64,000 nt of DNA from an uncultured delta proteobacterium (lineage in GTDB: Bacteria; Desulfobacterota; Desulfobacteria; Desulfobacterales; SpSt-501). The stretch covers positions 7,540 to 71,539 of the forward strand of contig CAWHEZ010000035.1 in assembly GCA_963828345.1 (NCBI GenBank). The letters run 5' to 3'. Both the position numbers and the translations under genes were made by a program. The notes under the pieces are model-generated. The model saw nothing but the letters and a program-made list of their open reading frames with translations, was not told where the DNA came from and searched no databases. Positions 8,812-16,891 of this stretch are shown here, in pieces; the stretch's first letter is position 1, and each line of letters opens with the position of its first letter.

Positions 8812-10146
8812 TCAGAACTGGGGAGGGTCTCCCACAAGCACACCCTGCAAACCGGCCGTGACGAGGGAGTCGATCGCGACGCGCCGCATCTGGCCCATGT
8901 GCTCGTTTCCGCCGTGAAAGAGGACGGGCAGATAGTTGTCGCTGACGCCCTTGAGCAGCCCGGTTTTCGGATCGCGGCGACTTTCGGTGAGCACCTCGAC
9001 CTCGCGGCCGACGAAGCGCGAGTGGAAGGCGTTGCGCTTGGCGTGGCCGAGCTGTCGCAGATGCCGGCAGCGGGTCTTGACCTCGGGGTGCGGGACCCGG
9101 TCCGGGAAATCGAAGGCGGCCGTCCCCGGGCGCGCGGAAAAGGGGAAGACGTGGAGGTAGGACAGGGGCAGGGTCTCTATCAGTTCACAGGTGTTGCGAA
9201 ACGCCTGATCGCTCTCCCCCGGGAAGCCGACCAGGACGTCCGCTCCGATGGCCGCGTCCGGCATGGACCGGTGGACGAGCTCGACCGCGGCCGCGAACTC
9301 CCCGGGTCGGTAGGGGCGCCCCATGCGCTGCAGGACGTCCGCATCGCCGCTTTGCAGGGGGATGTGGAGGTGGCGGCAAAACCGCCGCGACCCGGCGATC
9401 CGTGCAACCAGGTCGGGAGACACTTCAAGCGGTTCGAGCGAGCTCAGGCGCAGACGCACCCGCTCGGTGGCGGCCTCGAGCTCGCGCAGCAGCGCCAACA
9501 GACTCGCAGGCGGATCCAGGTCCTGGCCGTAGCGCCCGATGTGGATGCCGGTCAGCACCACCTCGTGAAACCCGGCTGCCGACAGGTGCCGGACCGATTC
9601 GGTGATGGCCCGGGGCGCAATGCTGCGGCTGCGGCCCCGTGCGTAGGGCACGATGCAGTAGGCGCAGAACGCGTCGCAGCCGTCCTGGATCTTGACGAAG
9701 GGCCGGGTCCGGCCCTGCACCGGGCCGACGGGATCGCCGGGCTCGTCCGGTGTCCGGGCCTCGGGTGCCGGCCCGCTCACCAGGACAGGATGCGCGCAGC
9801 CCTCCGTGCCGCAGGCCGCGATGATCCGCTCCAGTCCCGCCTTGCCGCACTGGTCGACGATGTAGTCGACTCCTTCAATCTTCGCGAGCGCCGCCGGGTC
9901 GGTTTCGGCATAGCAGCCGGTCACGGTCACGCACGCGCGCGGGTGCGCGTGGATCGCCTGGCGCACGGCCTGACGCGACTGCATGGCCGCCTTCTGCGTC
10001 ACGGTGCAGGTGTTGACGACGCAGAGATCGGCCTGCTCGGACGGTTCGGCCGGCCTCCAGCCGCTGCCGGACAGTCGCGCCGCAAGCGTGTCGGACTCGG
10101 CCTGGTTGACCTTGCATCCCAGGGTCACGATCCTGAACGTCTTCAC
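8812..10146 (-). CDS. mtaB: tRNA (N6-threonylcarbamoyladenosine37-C2)-methylthiotransferase MtaB (radical SAM, MiaB-like)
   Basis: C-terminal 444 codons of ORF 8812..10923: KTFRIVTLGCKVNQAESD...IQDGCDAFCAYCIVPYARG. The GTG start overlaps the mnmA stop (GTGA). Confidence 0.85.
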   Translation of the reverse strand: MKTFRIVTLGCKVNQAESDTLAARLSGSGWRPAEPSEQADLCVVNTCTVTQKAAMQSRQAVRQAIHAHPRACVTVTGCYAETDPAALAKIEGVDYIVDQCGKAGLERIIAACGTEGCAHPVLVSGPAPEARTPDEPGDPVGPVQGRTRPFVKIQDGCDAFCAYCIVPYARGRSRSIAPRAITESVRHLSAAGFHEVVLTGIHIGRYGQDLDPPASLLALLRELEAATERVRLRLSSLEPLEVSPDLVARIAGSRRFCRHLHIPLQSGDADVLQRMGRPYRPGEFAAAVELVHRSMPDAAIGADVLVGFPGESDQAFRNTCELIETLPLSYLHVFPFSARPGTAAFDFPDRVPHPEVKTRCRHLRQLGHAKRNAFHSRFVGREVEVLTESRRDPKTGLLKGVSDNYLPVLFHGGNEHMGQMRRVAIDSLVTAGLQGVLVGDPPQF

Positions 10147-11180
10147 CGCCGCCTCGCAATGAAGCCGCCCCCGAGCACCGCATCCCCGTCGTAGAAAACG
10201 GCCGCCTGGCCGGGCGTGACGGCCGACTGGGGGGTGTCGAACTCCACGAGCGCCGTTCGGGGGTCGAGCGGGGTCACCGTTCCCGGCGCCTCGGGTGTGC
10301 GGTAGCGCACGCGCGTGCGCGCGCGCATCGGCCCGTTCGGGGGCGGAGCGATCCAGTTGATGTCTTCGACGCGACAGCTCGCGGTGAGCAGGTCCTCGCG
10401 GGTGCCGACCACGAGGGTGTTGCGCTCGGGTTCGAGGCGAACCACGTAGTAAGGGGCCGCCGCCGGGCAGTTGATGCCGCGGCGCTGACCGACCGTGAAA
10501 CGGGCGAGCCCGGCGTGCCGTCCGACGACCTGGCCCGCCACCGTTTCGATGGGCCCGGGGTCCTGCGGTGCAGGCCCGTCGGGCTGCATGAAATCCGTGT
10601 AGGCGCTGGACGTGACGAAGCACACGTCCTGGCTTTCGGCCGTCTCGACCGGGTGCAGCCCGTTCAGCGCGGCCAGCGCGCGGACCCGGTCCTTGGTCAG
10701 AGCACCCAGCGGGAAGCGTGCCTGCGCGAGCTGATCCTGGCCGAGCCGCGCCAGGAAATAGGACTGGTCCTTGCGCGGGTCGACGCCCTTGTGAAGGCGA
10801 TAGCGGCCGCTGGAGTCCCGTCGAACCGTCGCGTAGTGCCCGGTCGCCAGGCAGCCGGCGCCGAGCGCTGCCGCGAAGCGCAGCACGGCCCCGAACTTGA
10901 TGGCGGGGTTGCAGATCACGCACGGATTGGGAGTCTGTCCGGACCGGTAGGCGGCCGTGAAATAGTCGACGACGTGCGTGCGGAACTCGACGCTCAGATC
11001 CACCACGTGCACCGCGATTCCCAGCCGGTCGCCGATCCCGTGGATGGGGTGACGGGGTCCCGTGTGGGGCGGCTCGAACCCGGTGAGGAAGTGCACGGCG
11101 AAGACGTCGGGCGTCTCCTGCCGGAGGAGATGGGCGGCGATCATGGAGTCCACGCCGCCGCTGACGGCTACCGCAATCAT
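10143..11180 (-). CDS. mnmA: tRNA 2-thiouridine(34) synthase MnmA
   Basis: In ORF 10143..11354. MIAVAVSGGVDSMIAAHLL PP-loop at ATG 11180, with family-typical sequence throughout. Confidence 0.9.
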   Translation of the reverse strand: MIAVAVSGGVDSMIAAHLLRQETPDVFAVHFLTGFEPPHTGPRHPIHGIGDRLGIAVHVVDLSVEFRTHVVDYFTAAYRSGQTPNPCVICNPAIKFGAVLRFAAALGAGCLATGHYATVRRDSSGRYRLHKGVDPRKDQSYFLARLGQDQLAQARFPLGALTKDRVRALAALNGLHPVETAESQDVCFVTSSAYTDFMQPDGPAPQDPGPIETVAGQVVGRHAGLARFTVGQRRGINCPAAAPYYVVRLEPERNTLVVGTREDLLTASCRVEDINWIAPPPNGPMRARTRVRYRTPEAPGTVTPLDPRTALVEFDTPQSAVTPGQAAVFYDGDAVLGGGFIARRR

Positions 11181-11338
11181 GTCGCGCAGGCGTCCCGGAT
11201 GGGACGGACCTCCATGGCCCTGGGCGGGCAGGCGGTCACGCACTGCTCGCAGATGCTGCACTTCTCCTGGTCGAACCGCACCTCCGGTTTCTGGGCGACG
11301 TCCTTGGAAAAGCGCAGGACCAGGATTTTTGAGTACAT
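11177..11338 (-). CDS. 53-aa single-cluster ferredoxin-like mini-ORF, translationally coupled to mnmA
   Basis: Hand translation: MYSKILVLRFSKDVAQKPEVRFDQEKCSICEQCVTACPPRAMEVRPIRDACAT. It contains a CxxCxxCxxxCP motif. Its TGA overlaps the mnmA ATG (ATGA). Confidence 0.4.
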   Translation of the reverse strand: MYSKILVLRFSKDVAQKPEVRFDQEKCSICEQCVTACPPRAMEVRPIRDACAT

Positions 11339-11633
11339 GCGTGCAGCCCCTCATGTTCCAGACGAAAGAATTTCACATGTTGCCGGACTAATAGATAGAT
11401 TCGGTGCGCCTGTCAACCGCGCAGGGCAGGGCTGCGCGACCGGTGAGCCTCCGGTCCGGGTTCGCGAATTCCCGGCTCGTTGTGCATCCCCGGGCGGCGG
11501 GTATCCGTTTCGTGGGCCGACATGAGCCAAGCCCTGCAAACGGGAGGTGGCGCCGGGAACAAAAAAATGCCGGTCAAAAATAGAAAAAACTATTTAATTC
11601 AGATAGTTGCACAAGCATTCCGGCCCTCCGTTT

Positions 11634-11662
11634 TTGACACCCTCCGGGAACTATTGTAGAAT
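11634..11662 (+). promoter_or_regulatory. Near-consensus sigma70 promoter
   Basis: TTGACA (11634-11639), 17-nt spacer, TAGAAT (11657-11662). It lies about 65 nt upstream of the lipoprotein gene start. Confidence 0.55.
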
Positions 11663-11726
11663 GAAATCCAATGGATCGAGTCTATATCGGCCGGCAGCCC
11701 AGTGCGGGCCGCCGTCGGGAGGCGAG

Positions 11727-12029
11727 GTGATCGGTCTGAGCCCAAGAGGACTGTTTCTGGCGCTGGCCCTGCTCGCGCTGAGCGGGTGTGCGTCCTTTCA
11801 GACGTACCGGGTGGCGGAAACCGAAGAGAAGCTCGTGGCCAACTGCACCTACATCGACACGGTCACCGCGTTCTCCGACATGGGACCCTTCCAGGTGCAC
11901 CCCATCCTGGTCGACGACGCCCGCGACAAGGTTCTGCGCCGGGCCGAAATGCTGAACGCCACCCATGTCGTCTGGGTGGGGGATTACTACTTCGGCGGCG
12001 CTGCCTTGGCCTATTACTGCTGGGAGTGA
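11727..12029 (+). CDS. DUF4156-like lipoprotein
   Basis: In ORF 11607..12029. GTG at 11727 follows GGGAGG. Lipobox LALLALSGC. The C-terminus resembles DUF4156. Confidence 0.65.
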   Translation: MIGLSPRGLFLALALLALSGCASFQTYRVAETEEKLVANCTYIDTVTAFSDMGPFQVHPILVDDARDKVLRRAEMLNATHVVWVGDYYFGGAALAYYCWE

Positions 12030-12105
12030 TCGGCCCCCGAACGATCCAAGAAACAGCCGCCTGATCGGTCGCTGCACGGTTCCAACCACCACACCGGGAG
12101 AGCGA

Positions 12106-12288
12106 ATGGATTTTATGGGTCTCGACACAGCGAACAGCGGGAAACGCAAGATGTACAACACGACGCTCGACTCGGATCTCATCCGGAAGATCAAGATACT
12201 TGCGGCCCAACTCGAAAAACGGCAGAACGACCTGCTGGAGGAAGCCATCAAAGACCTGCTCAAGAAATACAACCTCCAGGTCGGCTGA
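12106..12288 (+). CDS. Ribbon-helix-helix (CopG-like) protein
   Basis: In ORF 11965..12288. ATG at 12106 follows GGGAGAG. KRKMYNTTLDSDLIRKIKILAAQLEKRQNDLLEEAIKDLLKKY fits a beta-strand plus two helices RHH pattern. Confidence 0.6.
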   Translation: MDFMGLDTANSGKRKMYNTTLDSDLIRKIKILAAQLEKRQNDLLEEAIKDLLKKYNLQVG

Positions 12289-12302
12289 GGGCCCGTTGCG
12301 CC

Positions 12303-12920
12303 ATGGCGAACGAAAACCACGAAAACCGGACCTCCGTGCGGTTCACCCATGATTCCACGATCTCTCTCGAGCAGAACGAGGTCGGGATCCTGCACGAGGC
12401 CCGCATGTTCAACTACTCCTCGTCGGGACTCTACTTCGAGTCGGATTTTTACCTCATTCCCGGCACCGAGATCTTCATCGGTTTGAAGAGCTCGCCGTTC
12501 ACGTCCGCGCCCGGGGTTTACGAGTGCTATCGTTCGGCCATCAAATGGCGCAAGTACCTTGAGAACTCGGTCTTCGACTACGGGTACGGGGTCGAACTCA
12601 AGGGCAAGGCCCCGTCCCGGGGCGAGCCTCACCGCGCCCGCGCCCCGCGCCGCCACCCGCGGGCGTCCTGCACCATCCCCGCCCTGCTGCAGAACCAGAG
12701 CGAGAAGGCACGGGGCGTCATCCACAACGTGAGCCACGGCGGGGTGTTCGTCATGTGCGGCGGGACGTTCGCCGCCGGGCAGCGCCTGCAGCTCACCATC
12801 CCGCTGCGCAAACGGCAGAAGCTGATCACGCGCTTCGGCGAGGTGGTCTGGTCCGACCCCAACGGGCTCGGGATCAAGTTCGACGCCCAGGCCGCGGGCG
12901 AAACTCCCGACCCATCGTAA
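12303..12920 (+). CDS. Tandem PilZ-domain protein (putative c-di-GMP receptor)
   Basis: ORF track entry. Two RxxxR...(D/N)xSxxG signatures: RTSVR...NYSSSG and RRHPR...NVSHGG. Confidence 0.75.
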   Translation: MANENHENRTSVRFTHDSTISLEQNEVGILHEARMFNYSSSGLYFESDFYLIPGTEIFIGLKSSPFTSAPGVYECYRSAIKWRKYLENSVFDYGYGVELKGKAPSRGEPHRARAPRRHPRASCTIPALLQNQSEKARGVIHNVSHGGVFVMCGGTFAAGQRLQLTIPLRKRQKLITRFGEVVWSDPNGLGIKFDAQAAGETPDPS

Positions 12921-13008
12921 TCCAGCCTGCGTTCTTGACGGCCCATCCGGCACGGGTTAGCTTCACGTCGGTTCGACATCAAGCGACCCAACCGAACGGA
13001 GGACCGCT

Positions 13009-13626
13009 GTGACCACCCTGGAAATCTTCTCCGACTTCATCTGACCGTGGTGCTACTTCATTACCGTCGGTAGTGACCGGTTGACCCGCGAGTTCGAGAT
13101 CGACGTGCGCTGGGTGGCCTTCCCGCTGCACCCGGAAATCCCGCCCGAGGGCGTCACCCTCGAACGGCTGTTCGAGGGCCGCGGCATCGACATCGCTGCG
13201 GTGCTGAGCCGTCTCGAATCGGCCGCCCGCCAGTTCGGACTGCCGTTCGGGACGCGCCGCATGAGCTTCAATTCGCGCCGCGCCCAGGAGGGCGCCAAGT
13301 GGGCCGAGTCGCTGGGCCAGGCCGATGCCTACCACCGCGCGGTGTTCCAGGCCTACTTCGTGGACGGGCGGAACCTGCACGAGATGGAGACCCTCGTGCA
13401 GGCGGCCGAGTCGATTGGACTGGATGGCGCGGGCCTGAGCGAGGCCGTCCACACTCACGCCTACAAGGCCGCGGTCGACCAGGACTGGATGCGCTCGCAC
13501 CGGCTGGGGATCAGCGCCGTGCCCGCATTTCGGTTGCATGAAGAGGTGCGGGTCGGGGCGCAGCCCTACGAGCAGCTGGCCGCGTTCGCGTCGGCGCACC
13601 GTGTTCCCCGGCGCGCGGCCGGCTGA
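13009..13626 (+). CDS. DsbA/FrnE-like thiol:disulfide oxidoreductase with in-frame TGA (candidate selenocysteine) in a UPWC motif
   Basis: GTG at 13009 has GGAGG 6 nt upstream. Translation VTTLEIFSDFI-TGA(13042-13044)-PWCYFITVGSDRL runs in frame into ORF 13081..13626, which is DsbA family. The TGA sits where homologues have the first Cys of CPWC. Confidence 0.7.
13058..13076 (+). promoter_or_regulatory. Candidate bacterial SECIS hairpin
   Basis: 8-bp stem 13058-13065 / 13069-13076 (one G-U pair) with apical GUC. It begins 13 nt after the TGA. Confidence 0.45.
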
Positions 13627-13656
13627 CATCCGCATGAACGCCGGCGCCGCGGTCAT

Positions 13657-15528
13657 TCACGATGCGCAGGGGAGGGGAGAGCGGACCGGGACCGCCAGGC
13701 TGAGGAACTGGCCGTTTTCCTCGAACATCAGCCGCTGGGCGACCATGCCTCCGACGAAGGCGGAAACCCGGTCGGCGGACACCGACGGAAAGCGGGCGAC
13801 AATGTGCCGCAGCGGCCGGTGGTGGTCGCAGTAGAGGTAGATGGCGCGCGCGGTGCCTTCGAGCCGATGCGTGGCGGCATCGCCGGTGCGGCGGCGCTCG
13901 CGCAGGATCAGGAACTCCCCCCCGTCGCGGCAGGACAGGATCGGTTCGGGATCCGGGCCGCGCTGCAAGAGGTCGTAGCTGCGGGACCATGCGCGCAGCG
14001 CCGCCCGGACCGGCCGCCAGAGCCTTTCCTGGGCGGCCCCCGCGCCGCGGCCGGCTTGGACCACCAGGGGCAGGCGGCGAAAAACCGCGGCCGGAAAGAG
14101 GTGCGCCCAGTTGGGGTGGTTGCCGACCCGCTCCAGGCCGAAGGCGCCGGGGTCCGACCAGACCGGGCTGCCCAGGCCCAGCCAGAACCTGACCGGCTTC
14201 GGCGGGCGATAGGCGCGGGCGAACTCGATCGCATGCAGCGTTTCGCGCACGTCCTCGGCATCGCTCGCCGGAAAGTTGAGGATCAGGTTGGCGAGGTTGA
14301 CGATCCCCAGCTGTTCGCAGCGCTTCATGATCTCGAGGTTCTGAATGGCCGTGGTGCCCTTGTGGAGCTTGCGCAGCAGACGCGTGCTCAGGGCTTCGAC
14401 CCCGACCTGCACCCTGCGCATCCCCGCGGCGCGCATCCAGGACAGCTCCTCCGCGGGCGTGGTCGCGCGCAGCTCGGCGAAGAGCGACAGGTCCCGCGGC
14501 AGGCCTGCCAGCCCGCGCAGGATCCCGGCCGTTTCCGTCTTCGGCAGGACGTTGTCCACCACGGCCACCGACAGCGTCCGGTAGCGCGCGGTGAGCTGCT
14601 CGACCTCCGCGACCGCCCGGCGGGCGGACTTAAACCGGTATCCTCGCCACTGCAGGTTGAGATTGCAGAACCGGCAGCCGGTGCCGGACCCGGCGCCGCG
14701 TTTCCACCAGCACCCGCGCGAAAACTCCACGGGCAGGGTCGGGAAGAAACGGTGGTCCTGGGCGAACCCGGACAGGAGGGCGAAGTAGTCATCGTAGTCC
14801 GGAAGAGGCAGGCGGTCGAGATTCTCCAACTGGAAGAGGCGATCCCCGGCGGGGGCGGAATCTCTCGCGCCGCGCGTGAAGATGCCGCCCGCCGGCGGGA
14901 TGTCGGCCAGGCCGCGGCCTTCGATCACGTGGTGCTGGACGAGGTGCGCCAGGGGGAGCTCCCCCTCGCCGACGACCACGGCGTCCAGGTGCGGGAAGAG
15001 CTCGAGTGCCGTCGCGGCCGAGTGCGAGGTGATGGCGGGTCCGCCGATCACGACGGTCAGGTGCGGGTGCGCCTCCTTCAGGCGGCGAATCAGGTACAGG
15101 CAGGCGGTCAGCTGGCACAGGACGCTCGAAAACCCGACGAGACGGACATTGTCCCAGGCGACGGAGTCGGTCCACGCATCCATGGCGGCCTTGACCTGCG
15201 CGGTCAGCGCGCCGAAGGCGACCCCTTTCAGCGCGGATGCACCGACCGACTCGCGCCGGAACAGCCGCGCCAGGCGTTCAGTCCGTTCGGGGAAGAGCAG
15301 AGCGGCGCCGATCGATTCGGCCGGCCACGTGCGTTCCGAGACGGCGTGGTAGACGCGGTAGCCGATCGATGCGGCCACCCGCAGGTAAAGCGGGTGCGCG
15401 GCCACCTCGACTGCGGGGAACCGGGAGCGCACGAAGGCCTTGAGCGCCCCCAGCTGGATGGATGGACGCGTGTAAAGGGGCCAGGGCGGGGACACCAGCG
15501 CGATGGATGGCGGTGTGGGAAGTGCCAC
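13657..15528 (-). CDS. B12-binding-domain radical SAM protein, RiPP-maturation rSAM family-like
   Basis: ORF track entry, 623 aa, GTG start. The N-terminus IALVSPPWPLYTRPSIQLGALKAF and the unusual SRGCWWKRGAGSGTGCRFCNL cluster resemble the bacteriocin-maturation radical SAM protein 1 family. Confidence 0.7.
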   Translation of the reverse strand: MALPTPPSIALVSPPWPLYTRPSIQLGALKAFVRSRFPAVEVAAHPLYLRVAASIGYRVYHAVSERTWPAESIGAALLFPERTERLARLFRRESVGASALKGVAFGALTAQVKAAMDAWTDSVAWDNVRLVGFSSVLCQLTACLYLIRRLKEAHPHLTVVIGGPAITSHSAATALELFPHLDAVVVGEGELPLAHLVQHHVIEGRGLADIPPAGGIFTRGARDSAPAGDRLFQLENLDRLPLPDYDDYFALLSGFAQDHRFFPTLPVEFSRGCWWKRGAGSGTGCRFCNLNLQWRGYRFKSARRAVAEVEQLTARYRTLSVAVVDNVLPKTETAGILRGLAGLPRDLSLFAELRATTPAEELSWMRAAGMRRVQVGVEALSTRLLRKLHKGTTAIQNLEIMKRCEQLGIVNLANLILNFPASDAEDVRETLHAIEFARAYRPPKPVRFWLGLGSPVWSDPGAFGLERVGNHPNWAHLFPAAVFRRLPLVVQAGRGAGAAQERLWRPVRAALRAWSRSYDLLQRGPDPEPILSCRDGGEFLILRERRRTGDAATHRLEGTARAIYLYCDHHRPLRHIVARFPSVSADRVSAFVGGMVAQRLMFEENGQFLSLAVPVRSPLPCAS

Positions 15529-15660
15529 GTAGACTGCAGCCTCATAGAGTGGGTCTTCTGTGGGAGCGGCTTTCCAGCCGCGACGATCGAAGCGGAACGC
15601 CTCTCCGACAAAACCAAAACCGACTGGCGGATAACCTGAGGCCGGGCGTCATGGTCTGCG

Positions 15661-15719
15661 AAACACCCAAACACCAAAATACCCAAACACCAGACACGAA
15701 ACACCCAACACCAGACACT
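15661..15719. repeat. Tandem array of about eight 7-8 nt AAACACC-type units
   Basis: aaacaccc aaacacc aaaataccc aaacacc agacacg aaacaccc aacacc agacac, in the divergent rSAM/pyrD intergenic region. Confidence 0.8.
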
Positions 15720-15826
15720 TCCAGTTAGAGTATCACCGCATCCGGCCGCGCTGCAAGCGGGTTTGCGCCGTCCGGAGGCCGGGTGCCCGCCTTGACTTGG
15801 AGGGCGGCTGTGGTAAGTAGGTCCGC

Positions 15827-16753
15827 ATGTCGACCGCTCCCCCCCACCTGGGCGTGACCCTCGCCGGCTTGAAACTCAACAACCCGGTCATGACCGCTTC
15901 CGGGACCTTCGGTTACGCGCGCGAGTTCGAATCGTTGATGGACCTCAACCGCCTCGGGGCCATCGTCGTAAAGGGTCTGGCGCTCAAACCGGTCAAGGGC
16001 AACCCGCCGCCGCGCATCGTCGAAACCGCCTGCGGGATGCTCAACGCCATCGGTCTGGAAAACGTGGGCGTCGACGCGTTCGCGGCCGACAAGATGCCCT
16101 TCCTGCGCACGCTCACCCCGCCGGTCATCGCCAACATCTACGGAACGAGCGTCGAGGAGTACGCCGCACTGGCCGAGCGATTGGACGGGATCGACGGGGT
16201 GGCGGCCGTGGAGGTGAACATCTCCTGCCCCAACGTGAAGGCGGGCGGGGTGGTCTTCGGGGTCGACCCGGTGGCCGCCGAACGGGTCGTCCGGGCGGTG
16301 CGGGAGCGCACCCGCAAACCGGTCATCGTAAAGCTCTCCCCGAACGTCACGGACATCACCGTGATCGCCCGCAGCGCCGAGGCGGGGGGCGCGGACGCGC
16401 TCTCCCTGATCAACACGATCACCGGCATGGCGATCGACATCGAGACGCGGCGCCCCCGACTGGCCAACATCACGGGCGGGCTGTCGGGTCCGGCCATCAA
16501 GCCCGTCGCCTTGAGGATGGTCTGGCAGGTGGCACGCACGGCCCGGGTGCCGGTCATCGGCATCGGGGGGATCATGCGGGGGGAGGACGCCGTCGAGTTC
16601 CTCCTCGCCGGCGCGACCGCCGTCCAGGTCGGGACCGCCAATTTCGTGAACCCGCGCGCCGCGCTCGATATCGCCGCCGGGATCGAGGCCTACCTCAGCC
16701 GCCACGGGATCGCCGACGTCAACGAGATCGTCGGCAAGCTGCAGGTCGATTGA
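15827..16753 (+). CDS. pyrD: Dihydroorotate dehydrogenase, class 1B catalytic subunit
   Basis: ORF track entry. [16 protein letters not shown]...NISCPNV...GGI motifs. Confidence 0.9.
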   Translation: MSTAPPHLGVTLAGLKLNNPVMTASGTFGYAREFESLMDLNRLGAIVVKGLALKPVKGNPPPRIVETACGMLNAIGLENVGVDAFAADKMPFLRTLTPPVIANIYGTSVEEYAALAERLDGIDGVAAVEVNISCPNVKAGGVVFGVDPVAAERVVRAVRERTRKPVIVKLSPNVTDITVIARSAEAGGADALSLINTITGMAIDIETRRPRLANITGGLSGPAIKPVALRMVWQVARTARVPVIGIGGIMRGEDAVEFLLAGATAVQVGTANFVNPRAALDIAAGIEAYLSRHGIADVNEIVGKLQVD

Positions 16754-16761
16754 CGGGTAAA

Positions 16762-16886
16762 GGGCTCAGGGATTCAGGGTTCAGAATGAAGCTTGCAGGG
16801 TTCGGGGTTCAGGAAAACCATGCGATCCTTGACTCCGATCTCATTTCCTGAACCCGGAACCCTGAAACCTGAACCCTCAATTCCCC
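16762..16886. repeat. GGGTTCA-type heptamer arrays arranged as a long imperfect hairpin
   Basis: The left arm has GGG-ctca-GGG-attca-GGG-ttca...GGGTTCGGGGTTCAGGAAA. The right arm has TTTCCTGAACCCGGAACCCTGAAACCTGAACCC. Core 19-bp pairing of 16798-16816 with 16844-16862, one mismatch. Confidence 0.8.
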
Positions 16887-16891
16887 CTACA

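Noticed and set aside
10147-10923. N-terminal 259 codons of the 703-aa ORF containing mtaB.
   Set aside because: - This part overlaps mnmA in another frame and is Arg/Pro/Gly filler.
- MtaB homology begins at the GTG that overlaps the mnmA stop.
15661-15719. CRISPR array, considered for the short tandem repeat tracts here and at 16762, 21319, 35578 and 60965.
   Set aside because: - The units are only 7-8 nt and directly adjacent, with no spacers.
- No cas genes are present.
15529-15720. Short peptides encoded by the AAACACC tract next to the rSAM gene, considered as RiPP precursors: MFRVWCLGILVFGCF… on the minus strand and MVCETPKHQNTQTPDTKHPTPDTSS on the plus strand.
   Set aside because: - The same kinds of peptides arise wherever the repeat occurs (35578-35686, 60965-61010), where no maturase is nearby.
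- The DNA period is 7-8 nt, not 3.
- The minus-strand ORF runs 300 nt into the rSAM gene out of frame.
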